DNA of 64,000 bases, from NCBI RefSeq assembly GCF_009914755.1, contig NC_060933.1; one strand, written 5' to 3'. The notes beneath the pieces are model-generated. The model ran no database searches and was not told the origin of the DNA. It saw nothing but the letters and a program-made list of their open reading frames with translations. Within the stretch, counting starts at the first letter, position 1, and each line of letters starts with the position of its first letter. This DNA is from the human T2T-CHM13v2.0 reference genome, Homo sapiens. Below are positions 16,895 through 30,688 of the stretch, piece by piece. The position numbers were made by a program, and so were the translations under genes.

Positions 16895-17760
16895 CCAAAC
16901 AACAAAAAACAACCTGATTAAAACATGGGCAAAAGACTTGAATAGACATTTCTCTAAAAATGATATACAAACAGCCAATTGGCACATGAAAAGATGACCA
17001 AAATGATTAGTGAATCATTAGCGAAATGCAAATCGAAACTACCTCACCCTCATTAGGATGGCTGTTACCAAAAATTCAGAAAATAATGAGTGTTGGTGAA
17101 GATGTGGAGAAATTGGAGCCCTTGCACACTCTTGATAGGATTGTAAAATGGTGCAGCTGCTATGAAAAACAGTATGGAGGTTCCTCAAGAAATTAAAAAT
17201 AGAACTACCATATGATCTAGCAATTGCACTTCTGGATATATATCCAAAAGCCCTGAAAATAAAATCCTAAAGAGATATTTATACACCCTTATTCATAGCA
17301 TTGTCATTCATAATAGCCTAAAAGGTAGGAACAACCAATGTTCATTGACAGATACATATACACACACAATGGAATATTATTCAGCCTTAGAAAGGAAGGC
17401 AATTCTGACACACGCTGCAGCATGGATGAACCCTGAGGACATTATGCTAAGTGAAATAAGCCAGTCACAAAAAGACAAATACTATATGACTCTATTTATA
17501 TGAGGTGCTTATAGCAGTCAAATTCACAGAGATGGAAAGCAGAATGGTGGTTGCCAGGGGCTGGGGGAAGGGAGAATGAGGAATTATTTAATGGGTATAG
17601 AGTTTCAGTTTTGAGAGATAAGTGCTGTAGATTGGGTGTACAACAATGTGAATTTGCATCACGCTACCAAACTGTTCACTTCAAATGCTTAAGGAGATAA
17701 ATTTTATGTTATGCATATCTTATCACAATTAAAACAATTTTAAAAATGTATTTTAATAAA
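16895..17760 (+). mobile_element. L1MB-type 3' fragment
   Basis: ORF2 C-terminal remnant and L1MB-like 3' UTR (gaaccctgaggacattatgctaagtgaaataagccagtcacaaaaagac). Confidence 0.88.
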
Positions 17761-18469
17761 AGGGAAGCAGAGAGTGAAAGGCATAATGGTTCCTAACTTC
17801 AAAGAAAATCTAGACCAACTGGAGGGACCGGATCAACCCCAAGAGAGAGATAAGCCATGTTTCAGGATGGTTTCTGATCAAGAGCAGTGCTGCAATGACA
17901 GCATGCTACTGCGTGGCTGGGTTTGCTCACACACACTGATCACAGCTAATTATCTGAATATATGCTGGCTACTTTTCCCATTAGAGGAGTCCCACGTAAT
18001 TAGGGGACACAGGTTACCATCCTTGCTTTGGGCACATCCCTGCCCTTCTCTGGCCGTCAATCTTCCTAACTGTCCAGTGAGAAAAGTGGTAGCTGGTCCG
18101 TAAGGGGTCTCCCATCTTGGACATTCTATGGTTCTCTGCCAGTGGTCAATAGGAATTCCAAGGGAGGTAGGTTCTCGCAGTAGGCAGCACCTGCTCTAGT
18201 GCAAGTGGCTTGGGAACATGCTTGAAGCTTTCCCCTACAGCCTCTTAAAATGGCTGGTCAACCTTTTGGTGGCAGTCGCGAAGCCTTCTGCACACAGCAA
18301 GGGTTCAGTTCAACAAATGCCTATTCAGAACCTGCTGTCTTCCAGGAATTATAAAGCCTTAGCTTCATTCTCAAAAAAAAAAAAAAAAAAAAAAAAAACA
18401 AAAAACAAAAAACAAAAAAAAACATATATTCTAATGGGGGGAGAAAAGTAAGTAAGCACATTCTTATAG

Positions 18470-18778
<309 letters not shown>

Positions 18779-18924
18779 GAGGATTTTTATAAGCACCAAG
18801 GGCTGAGGCAAGGGAGGCCAGGGAACACTTTCCTAGGAAAATCTGCCAAGACTCCTGAGGAATGTCTATTCAATACCTATCTGGTGATGATAATAAATAG
18901 CCTTTGTGTAGCTCATTAATAATA

Positions 18925-19990
18925 ATAATAGCTAACACTTAATGGCACTTATCATGTGCCAGGCACTGTTTCGATGTGTTTTGAATATTAACTCATTATG
19001 TGCACAGCCTGATGGTATAGGAACTACTAGTCTACTCATTTTACAGAGAGGGAAACTATGGCACAGACAGCTTTAGGAACTTGTCCCAAGGAAACAAGGC
19101 AAGTGAGTGGCACAGCCAGGATCTGAAGCCACACTACGCTGCCTTTTACAATGTGTTAAGCTTTCTAAGTTACTTCCTCATCTGTTATATTTTTCTAGCC
19201 TCATGGAGAGAGGTGCTGACGCCATTTGGAAGAATAATATCCTGAGGTGCAGAGATGTAAGAGAACTTCCCAAGATCATACAGTGATTAGATGTGGGGCG
19301 GGACAGAGGCTCCACTCAGGTCTGCACTGCTACAAAGCTGTACCCTCTGGGCTGATGGCATGGCTCAGTGAAGGAGCTCTCTCTGTTCCCAAGGCAGAGG
19401 CTCTAACTGTCTTCACCTGGGTTCAAGGCGCTGGGAGGAAAATGAACATCTGTTGTGTACCCCCCATACACCAGACACACTGCTAGGCTATGCTAATTTA
19501 TGAAATCTTCCCAACAACCCAGAAAAGAATGCACCATTATTTTCACCACTCACAGATGGAAAACAGGCTTGGAGAGGGAAGATGACTTGCTTCAGGTCCT
19601 CACCATAGATGCTTGGATGTCTTTCTGTTTTCAGAAGCCTCATGTCCTATTACTTCTCTGAGTAGCACAGAGCCGAGGGAATTTTGCTACAGATCAAGTG
19701 CAGGGAGGTATTTGGGGAAAATAGCTTATTGTGACATTGCCTGAGCACTTGACTATGAAACCAGGTCTCCTCCTAAGAGCATTGAATGTGCATTAACTCA
19801 TTCCCTCCTCAAAGCAAACCTATGTGGCAAACACCAAACACCAATATCATGCCCACTTAACAGATGGAGAATCTGAAGCGCAGCACGAAGAGGTGTATTA
19901 ACTTGATGAAGGTCACACGGCCAGTAAGTGGTGGAGCCAGGAAGCCTGGCACCTGAGTCTCTTTTCTTAGCCCTTCCGCAATACTTCCTC
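18925..19990. mobile_element. Cluster of MIR fragments
   Basis: Repeated MIR cores (cattttacagagagggaaact; acagatggagaatctgaagc; aaggtcacacggccagtaagtggtggagccagga). Other MIRs lie at ~8.9, 13.0-13.8, 15.4-16.4, 23.6, 25.4-25.9, 27.1, 34.7, 35.3, 39.5, 41.6, 43.2, 50.8, 52.7, 62.8 and 63.2 kb. Confidence 0.75.
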
Positions 19991-20012
19991 ATACAACAAC
20001 CATGTAAGGTAG

Positions 20013-20877
20013 TGTGACATAGGAAAAACAAACTCAGTTTCTCCTGTGATACCCTCTCACCACACAATCAACACAGAACACTTCTGTGACCTCTGGTCAC
20101 CAAGAAGTGTGTGGCAATTTCTCTCTGGCAGCAACCAGTTCTCTGGGAGATCTTTCAGCAGACACCAGCTGGGTGTCCTCTAATTCAGTTCAATTTTGAC
20201 ACTATCTAACTGGAGATGGTGTCAGATCCCACAGGTTGAGTACTCAGTCCCATAAGACTGCCTCCAATTTCCACTGCCAATTCCAAGCCCCAGGTTATTA
20301 AACCTGTGCTTCTGATGACCAGCTATAAATCAGGGTTCCCACAATCCCTTCCTTGGGTTTCATGAACTTGCTACAGCAGCTCACAGAACTCAGGGAAATA
20401 CTTATGTTCCCTGGTTTATTATAAAGGATATACCAATTATCACCAGATGGAAAAGTTGCACAGGGCAAATAATGTGGGAAGAGGCACGGAGTTTCCATGC
20501 CCTGTCTGAGCACATCGTCCTCCAGGAACCCCCATGTGTTCTACTCTCTGGAAACTCTTGAACCTAGTCCTTTTGGATTTTTATGCACACTTCAATACTT
20601 AGACAGCATTGATTAAATCATTGGCCACTGGTGATCAACTTAACCTTTAAGCCCTTCTCCCCAGTTCAGAGGTTGGGGGTGGGGCTAAAAGTCCCAACCC
20701 TCTAATCTTGTCTTGGCCTTTCCTGTGACCAGCCCTCACCCTGAAGCTACCTAAGGGTGGATAGCCATCAGTCAACTCATTAGTATACAAAAGACACTTA
20801 TCACTTTAATGATAACAAGAATTTTAGAAGTTATATGCCCAGAAACAGGGATAAACACCAATATATATTAATTTGCA
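20013..20877 (-). mobile_element. MER21-type LTR inserted in a MIR
   Basis: gacaccagctgggtgtcctctaattcagttcaatt...gtcagatcccacaggttgag...ctcacagaactcagggaaa is typical of MER21; the MIR resumes at ~20878. Confidence 0.82.
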
Positions 20878-22836
20878 GGTACTATTATTTCACCCTTTTT
20901 TTGAATACTGGGAGATTAAGACTTAAAGAGGTTTAAAGCAACTTGTCTCATTACAGAGGAAGGGATCGAGACAGGATTTGAACCTGTACAGCTTGATACC
21001 AAATAACTTGTGCCTAGCAGTGAGTTACTTATTCAGGGGTCAGGGCCAGGCCTTCATTAGGGCAGGCTGGACATACGGACTTTTCCATGCTGCTAGGTTT
21101 AACAGGCTGGTATCGCTTCCCCATCTCTTGTCACTAAAAACTCAATTAGCAGCTTGAGGCTGTGTCCTCACATCACACCTTCTCATTGATCACTCAGACT
21201 GTGAGTGAGAAAGATTTTAAAGCTGGTTGGCTTTGCAAAGCATAGAGCAGCAACCATTGAGCATATGCTTCTGTGGGTATATATTTATTCAGCTTATGTT
21301 GAGTATAATTTTGGATGGTATGCATATTTTATTTTTTGTTGCAGAGAGCAATTTAAAAGAAGAAAAAAAATCCTTCTCTGAATGGAGACAGATGCCATAT
21401 ATGTTGGACCCTCAGGGGATTGAAAAGGATGAGGTTCCCAAGTCCAGTGTTCTGGGGACGGACGTGGGTGGAAGGAAACTCACAAGTGATGGGAATCCAG
21501 GATCAACTGCAACACCCACAGCAAGGCCAGCAAGGCACTAACCACCCAGTCCAGGGCAGGGCCCTTCAAGGTTTTATTCCCAAGGCCTCCCCAGTAGCCT
21601 GTCTGACTGTTCTCTACATGCTATTTACTGAGTACTAAATATTGAGTGATGGGTGAAGTGCACATCATCCCCCTTAACTTTCCCCACAACTCCATGTTGA
21701 GATGCTGTTGTACATATGAGAACACAGATACTACATTGCCCAATGTCATCAACTAGAACAGCAGGAATCTGTGTGCTGGGAAGCCAGACCCCAGAACCAG
21801 TGCTCTCAAATCCCCACCAATGTCATCTAGTGGTTACTGGAGTCCTTATTTTGGAGTCCTGATATCCATGCTACCAATTCCTATCTGAGTGACAATGAAC
21901 ATGTCACTTCCCTTTCTGAGTTGGCTTCCACACTCACAGGATGGAGACTGAGATACCATTTTGCTAGGGTGTTATCAAGATTCAGAGATCCAAAGTTACA
22001 CTTAAAAGTCATTTGAGACATTTGTTCTTTTTTTCTACCCCACCCCCTGCCTAAAAGGTTCTCCTCTTACCCAGGATGAACTCAAGATGTAACATTTTAA
22101 AATGAGCCTTAGGAAAAAACCTGCAAGGGTTGGTACCAGCTGGAGAAAAATAAATACGCTCATGTGGGTGCCAAAGATTCAAAAGAGAGAAGCAGCAGCC
22201 CAAACCAGAGTCTACACCAGAGGGAATCATTATGGAAGGAGAAAGTTCATCCTATCATTGTGCAGAAAGGAAGGATCCATGTGTGACTCTAGGGAGTAGG
22301 ATCCAAAGCATCATTTTCTAGCTCTGTAAATAGACTATGGACTCTTTGCTAGTTAGGACACAGTATCTTTCTAATGTTAGGGCCCAGAAGAGGGTCTTAC
22401 ACAGCAGTACTTAGTTGTTGAGCTCTGAATGCAGCTAAAATTCAACTGTGGGTTGTCTAATAACCAGTTTTTGCTTCAACCAAAGGCAAGTTTGATCTAG
22501 TTTGATAAGATGTGCTAGATGCTGGAGAATCCATTACCAACAGTCAAGAATCACATAAAAGAGCTGCTCTATGCATACCTAAGTGGGAAAACTGTAAAAA
22601 AAACATGATTAGCATAAAAGACAGGGTCTTGGCCACTTCCAGAAGGGAGGACAGGGTTACAATTGGAAATGGAGGCATGGTGGGTGTGTTGGGGGAGGGC
22701 TTATGGAATGCAGGCAATATTCTATTTCTTGACATGGGTGATGGTTTAGGTGAGAATTGCTTAATTCGTATCAAAACTGTAAATAATGTTTTACATATTT
22801 TTCTATATATTATATTGCACAGTAAAATTGCTAAAC

Positions 22837-22837
<1 letters not shown>

Positions 22838-22881
<44 letters not shown>

Positions 22882-22895
22882 GTTATCTATCTATC
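22838..22895. repeat. (TCTA)n tetranucleotide microsatellite
   Basis: Direct reading. Confidence 0.95.
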
Positions 22896-24241
22896 TTATA
22901 GTAAATCTACTAAAAGGACATGTCAAAATGTTAGTAGTAGCTATTTGGAGGTGACATGACTATGGGTGATATTGTTCTTTATTTTTTCTCTATATGTCCT
23001 AAATATTCTTGTATGTGCATATAATAATTTCATAATTAAAAAAAAACACGTTTTAGTTGAATTGCTTCATTACCTAAATAAGGCAACAACAAAAACGTGA
23101 AGGTCAGTTCCACCACTTCTGCCTGAAATTCCTCCAATGGAGAACCTCATCTTCTCCCTAAGGTTCAATGTGCATGAAAGAACAGCTCTGCAGAGTAAGT
23201 TGAGGGGTGCCAAATCCCACTGGCTCTTATATAGGCCTATCTGCAGTGTCTTCCCCCTCTGGAACCAAGTACATCTTTGACTTAGGTACTGTGGCGGGAA
23301 AGGGAGATGCCCCAGAGAGAATCAAGTTTAACTCTGAATTTGTAGGAAGGACAGGAGCATAGCTGAGGATTCACAGTAAACAGAGTCATGTTGAGAAACA
23401 GGGTCCCTTCATCACCTCGGACTGTATTATCCCCATGATCATGGGCCTGAAAAATCACCTTTCCCTTTCAGTGATGATGAAGAAAATTTCTGAAAACCAA
23501 GGAAAGCCAGAAAAGGCTACTAAGTTTCCTAGCTCAACAAGCTCCTCTCTACACAATAGGACCTGATCTTAGGAAGGGAGGCCATGGCCCTGGGTTTTGC
23601 TCATGCCTGGCTACTTTCACTGGGTCCGGCCAACAATATTGTAAGGTGCAGGGATCATTCCCATTTTATGGATCAGATTAGAGGGGCTCAGATACATTCA
23701 GCAATTTGTCCAAAGTCACACAGCTTCCCAGTTACAGGGATGGGATTTGAATCCAACTCTGAATTATGGACAAGTCTATTCTTTTTACTGGACTGGAATT
23801 CTGATTAACTAGCCCATCTCTCTCTAGGAACGTCTGTCACTCAGTTCGGGTAGAATTTTCTCAATGAGGAGAAAGGCTATTGAGTGTTTGATGAAACCTT
23901 CTCACTGTTTGCTCCCTCAAGGGAAAGGGATTTCAAAATACCTGGGCTAGTGGGTCAAGACTTCTTAAAGCAGGGATCAGAGAGAAGCTGGAGAATACAG
24001 GCAAAAGGATACCTTTATTATTTGTAAAATTTAATAACAATAATAATAATGTCATTTGTCATCCATTTATCCTCAAGACCTATGATAAAAGACAAAAGAA
24101 TGATGATAAAAATAAAAGCATGTTATCCTGGGTGGAAGAGAGTCCTACACTGGAATTTCAGACACCTGGGTTCTATCCAAGCATAGCTCTTGTGCTCTTT
24201 AGCCTCAATTTGATCATCTTTATTTATTACCCAAGGGGAAA

Positions 24242-24243
<2 letters not shown>

Positions 24244-24289
<46 letters not shown>
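24244..24289. repeat. (CA)n microsatellite
   Basis: Direct reading. Confidence 0.97.
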
Positions 24290-24291
<2 letters not shown>

Positions 24292-26022
24292 TTAAGATCA
24301 AGCTAGGAAGTCAGTTGTCCTAAAAAGAAAAAAAAATTGGAAAAGCTCTAGGAAAAGCAGAATGTGTAGTTCTGACTTAGAAAATTGTCCCGAAGAAACA
24401 CAACTGTATGCTTTTTATGCTTCCATTTTTAAAATTACATATATAAATTCTTATTTATATTTGCATATGCATAGGGAAGAAGTGTATGGAAGGATATGTA
24501 TCTATCTATATATACACCAAACCGTGGCACATTTATCTAAAGTGGGTGAGTAGTTAAGAAAGGGGGCCTTGAGTTTTTTTCTTTATACATTTCAACACTG
24601 TACAAATTTATTTTATTTTATAATGAGAATGAGCTACTTTTAGAAAACCAAAAAAAATTTTTAAAGGAAGATTGATGATCAGATGGAGAAAATACCTTAT
24701 GAATGCAAAAATTCTATTATTATAATTAAGATGAACACAATTATTCCAGCTTTTCGTTTCAGAGCTAAGGAGAAGGTGTCTGATGATCAGCATTCTGATG
24801 CCTCAGGAGACACTCACTGGTGCTTGGCACAACCACTAAAAGTTCTGTAGTCATGGCTTCTGACCTCCTCAAACCCTCAAGGAGACAGCAGACCCATGGC
24901 CTCATTTACTCTCCTCTGCATTGCCTCTTGTATCTGGACCCTCTCTCACAGACACAGTGCACACCTCACTGGACTCCACTCCCACATGTACTACATTTAT
25001 TTTATCACTCTCCTGATCAGAGACCCTTTAGGCCAAATACCCTAGCCCGCCCTTGGGCTGCACTCTGAAAGAAAAGCAGCACCTAAAACAGTGTGGAGCA
25101 CCAGATGCTCTATTGCTCCTTTTGAAAAAATCCATCCCACACCTTCACCCAAATCATGAAACACTAATACAATTTGAAAACTGTCCTTACAGACTTCTGG
25201 GAATCTCTTCTAAAGAAACAGCTCAAAACACAGAAGGTGGCTTCTGCCCAAAGGTGCTCAGAGCAGCACGGTTTATAATAGACTAAATCTGGAAGCAATC
25301 AACATGTCCAACCAGAAGACAAAGCAAATGCTGGGATGTTCCCCTTCATGAAATATTAGGCAATATTAGTGATATATATGAATTTGTCCTGGTTAAGGGT
25401 TTTGTTATCAACCTGCTTTGGCCCAATTTGGCCCGAATTCCCTGCTCTAGAACTGAGTAGCTTTGTGGTCCTGAGCAAATTACCTAAGTTTTCTCTGGCT
25501 CAGTTTTCCCATCTGTAAGAAAAGGGATAATAATGAGATCCACCTCAGAAGCCTTGAATCATAGCAAGCATTCAAACAATTTTAGCTCTCATCATTGCCA
25601 CCACCACCATACTCAACCCTGCATGAGATATCAGATAATAATAATAGCAACCATGTTTTGTGCCTGCTTAGGGCCATGTTCTAGCCCATTGCGTATGCAT
25701 TCTCAGTTAGTCCTAACAGCAGCTTTGGCAGGCATAAGTAGTATTATCCCCATTTTACTCAACAGGAACCCAAGGCTAAGAGGCTTTAAGTAACTTTTCC
25801 CAAAGTCACATGGCTAGTGAATGACAAGGTAAGATTTTGGCCCAGGTTTCTCTGATGCTAAAAACTGTGTACTTAAGCACTATAGTGTCTTCCCAAAAGT
25901 AGGGGATGGTAGTGGGAGATGGTAGTGGGAGCAGTGATTTATGCAGGGCTTGCAGACAACAGTTGGGAAAACTAGGAGTGCAGCTTCCATTTCCTGCCTC
26001 CAATTTGGGGCTTCCTTCTCTC

Positions 26023-26322
<300 letters not shown>

Positions 26323-26771
26323 TCCCTTCTCATTATTCCCCCCCCACCATTATTTCAGGAATCAAAGGGTAAAACCCATCACTTTGGAAAAAGGGGGGCT
26401 GCTTCCTGACTTTAACAGATAATGACTTCCACACAATAAAACCAGCTTACCAGAAATACCATCAGACCCAGCAAATCCAAGTCCCAACGAAATAAAATAA
26501 GGGGAAAAATAGAGAAGGCTTCAAATGTCATGAGAAGAAAAAAATATTTAATGTCATAAAAGGGTGCATAGGCTTTATGAGAATGCCACACACAATAATC
26601 TTGGAAACCCTATTACCCCACCTACCCACCCAGCCTGCTCCAAATTCATAAAGGAAAGATGCAAATGCACTGATTGGAAAGATGCAAATGCTCCTGATTG
26701 AGGAGCTACTCCCTCCTTTTCATTTCCCAAACTTTGAGTCCTGTGTGCAGGCATTGAATCAGTGGACACAG

Positions 26772-26872
26772 TACAGTTCCAATTCCCTTCTTTACTGGCT
26801 ATTCTTATGTCCTTTTCCAATACAGTTCCAATTTCCTTCTTTACTGACTATTCCTATGTCCTTTTCCAATAC
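26772..26872. repeat. 49-bp tandem duplication
   Basis: Units 26772-26820 and 26821-26869, 3 mismatches. Confidence 0.95.
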
Positions 26873-29121
26873 TTAGCCTCTTTAGCTTCCTCTGGATCTC
26901 TTGGATGCAGTGGAGGAGAAATAAATACTGGACATTGATAGAGGGTAAAGAGAAGAAAGTGCCCCTCTCTTCATGCTTCCTGACATTGGGGACATTCGCC
27001 TTATCCCTAGGGAACTATTCTCAGCCTTGGGAGGGTGTCTTCTGATGAATTAAGAGAATGAGCTTTGGAGTTTGACAGAGTTTGGAGTTTCCTCTGCCTT
27101 TACCTGGCTGGTTGGATTTGGGCAAGTTTCTCATACTTTCTGACTCTATTTCCTCATGGATAAAATGGGAGTAATAATAATGCTTTCCTTATAAGGTAGC
27201 TGTGAGGATTTCCAGGGCCAGGCACATAATTAGTACTGAAATGTTCTCTCTATATATCTGTATCAGTAATACTAGACCTGATATTATTTATAGCATTTAT
27301 TCATTTATTTTTTAGTAGCTTTAATAATATTAGGCCTAGTATTACTGATCAAGGTATTCAATACATATAGAGAATTCTCTGTCTGTGAACCTATTTGACT
27401 AGAGGATACTTTGATGAAGACACCATGGGGGCGATATGTCATCCTGTAAATCCTGTTTTGCAACCCAAGAGCCTGAAGTTATTCCCATAAAGACACCTGC
27501 CTGCTGCCTTTGCATCTTTCTAATAATTTTTAAAAAGAAAAATAGGGCAACCATCAGTCCTCTCATTTTGGATTTTGGCAAAATCTGTCTCAGTTGTCTT
27601 CTGAATCTATCATACCCCATGTGGCTGATCTACAGGGATAAATTTAGCTTTGAAAGTCCATTTCTGGAAAGGAAAAACAAGTCTCCAAGGGCTAGATCCC
27701 ATGGAGGCTCAGCCCAGCTGCACCGTGTAGGAGGGTTACATGCCCAGGCAGGCAGGGCTGGGCTTTCCCTGGTCAGCAGTGCCTGGGCTGTGCTCCAAGG
27801 TGATTTCTCACTCTGCTGACTCTTCTTGCTAGTCTTCCCCACCCCTCTTGAGTTTTGTTCCTTTAATTACACTGCAATTGAGTCATTAAGAGGGGGAAAG
27901 GATGAGGAATGGAGAAAAGCCAGTCTCTCTCCCCTACTGAACCAGATTCCAGCTTTTGCCTCCCTCTGAGCAGTGCTATAAGGTTCCTGGCCTATACTAA
28001 ATGGAAATCCATATGTTTATTCATCTTGACTTTTAGAAAGGCAGCTCTTGTTGTTGTCTCTCAGCACCTGTGCAATCAGGGATCCTATGATCTTTCCTAA
28101 TATCTGGCAGGCCAGATGGTTTTTTAGATCAAAATGAAAAAAGAAAAAGATGGGGCAGAGGCGGCAGAAATGTGACTGGGTGATTTGTAGGGTTGAGGAG
28201 TGTGGGATTGGTTTGAGATTGTTCTAGAATTCAGAGCCAGGGCTAAGAACTGACCATAGAGGCTCCTCCTGAAAGACACCATCACTCTAGGACCCAGCGA
28301 GTATGCAAATCCTTCCACTTCCCTTAGTCCTTTCTATGAAGGCCTTGACTATTCGATGTTGCCCCTCCTTTCTATCCTTTCCCATTATTTTTCTCCACAT
28401 ATCCCAGTTTCCTACCAGATAGTTTCATTTTTCTCATGTGTGAAGTGAAGGTAATAATAATATCTGGCTCATATTATTACTGTGAGCATAAGGTTGGTTA
28501 AAAGAAGCAAAGCACTTAGAACCGTGCTTGGAACAGTCTTTGTATGGATAGTTGCTTTTATATTACTAGCTTTTCTTTTTTGTAAAATGGACATGATAGT
28601 TCCGGGTAGGTGATAATTATAGGCATTAATTGCCATGAACATAGGCAAAATAACACATAGTAGGTGCCCAGTGAGTGCCAGTTCTCTCGTACGACCACTC
28701 TTTTCTCTGCAATATTCACACCAATCCTCTTAGAGAATTTTCACACAGAGAAACAAAGTGGTTTGTTCAAGATTATGCTGCAATCCTGCTGAAGTCTGTC
28801 TTGTCTTCTGAAGGGGCTTATAAAACAAGGCTTAACTCTTGTGGTGTTTTGCTCCTGGTCCATTCACAGTGCTGGATACAGGAATGTTGCGAAATAAATA
28901 ATTATACTATATAGTGACAAAGCTGATGCTATGGGGCCATTAGGTGTTGGAATGTGAAACTGGAAGGGAGTCTTGGAATTAAATCTAGGTTGTATTACTA
29001 CCTCCCTACATGAACTTGAGCAATTTCCGTATCTTTCTAGGCCTTTGTTTTTCTGTTTGTATAATGGGAGAGGGTCCTTTCTGGCTCTGGTAGCCCTTGT
29101 CTGTCTCCATGCAATGGGTAA

Positions 29122-29663
29122 ATGGGTAGATTAAAGATGATCACACATTCTTTGCTACTCTTCGCATTGACAGGTGAAATCTAGCTCTTTCCCCCTTGAA
29201 TCTGGGCTGACCTTATTGACCTGCTTGACCAATAGAATGTGGTAGAAATGATGTTCTGAGACTTCTGAGGCTGGGGACTAAGAAGCCTTGCAGCTTCTGC
29301 CTAGGCACTTAGAACGCTGGATCTTGGGATGGTCCCTTGGTAAGCCCAGGTTCCATGATGTGAGAAGCCCAAGCCAAATGGGGAGCCCAAGAAAAAATCC
29401 TCTATCCAGTTGACAGCCCCAGCTCAGGTCCAGCATAGCCAGTGTCAACCACCAATGGTGCCAGTCCTAGCCCCAGACAGGTAATAAAGGAACCCTTCTG
29501 CAAATGACTCCCCAGTCCCAGATGCCCCATCTGTCTTTGATCAGAGACAAACCAGCTGCACCCTCCACATAGTCCTGATTCACAAATCTATAGACAAAAC
29601 AAGAGTGTATGAAGCTACTGAGTTTTGGGGTAGTTTGTTATAAAACAATAGAAAGCTGGAACC
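29122..29663 (+). mobile_element. MLT1G/H-type MaLR LTR
   Basis: ccccttgaatctgggctg...ttgaccaatagaatgtgg; ends ttttggggtagtttgttat...aatagaaagctggaac. Confidence 0.75.
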
Positions 29664-30218
29664 AGGAAAGTGAGCTATGAACTGATACTTCAAAAAGGGT
29701 TAAGGAGGACGCATTGTGTTTACCAGATTGTCTGGTGTTGGGTTAATCAAAAGGCTTCCTGTGCTGGGAAAACCAGAAAAACATAAAAGAATGGCATTAG
29801 TGAAATGCGTCAGGGGGCAGCAGTTACTTAGAGATGGTGGTGGAAGTGTCCTCCGTACGATGCTGTGATTAAGTGCTTACAGTTTTCTTTGTTTTTATTC
29901 TCTATCTTGATTAAAATTTTGCAGTGTTTATACTGCCACACAGAATAAATGGACCCATAGCTTACATTTCAAACTGTGCCTTGCTGACATCATTATGTTT
30001 GTCAGATTTATAACATTTCTAATATACAACAATTTTTCACTCTTGGAACACTGAAGGGGAACACAGGCTCCCTCTCTTTTCTGATGTTTCATTCACTGTT
30101 ACTTCCTCTATCACTGGTCAAGGGATATGGTCTCCTTGGAAATAACTGAAAACAAAAATAATAGCATAATTATTTATATATTATTTACTGTATCACCCTC
30201 CTCATATGATCTTTTACC

Positions 30219-30688
30219 TGTTATCAGTATTTTATTGCTATTGTAGCAAATTACTATGCAATTGGTGGTTTAAAGTAACGCAAATTTATTATCTCACAGT
30301 TCTACAATTTAAAAGTCTAACTTGGGTCTCAATGGGCTAAAATTTAGGTGTTGGCAGGGTTGCATTCCTTTCTGGAGGTTCCAGAGGTAAGTCTTTCTCT
30401 TTGCTTTTCCAGCTTCTAAACACCACTTCTCTTCCTTAGCATGTAACTCTCTTCCTCCAACTTCACAGCTGGCAACGCTGCCTCTCTCTACCCCACTCCT
30501 CTGCTTTCCTGAGCACACTCTGATAATTCAAGATATTCTCGCTCTTTTAAGGTCAGCTAATTAGTCATCTTAATTCCTTACGCAAATTTAAATCCTGGTT
30601 CTGTCATGAAAGGTAACATACCAGTCACAGGTTCTGGGAATTAGGATGTGGACATCTTTGCAGGGGCCATTATTTTGCCTACTACACA
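30219..30688 (-). mobile_element. MLT1C/D-type MaLR LTR
   Basis: aaatttattatctcacagttct...; ends ggggccattattttgcctactaca. Confidence 0.8.
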
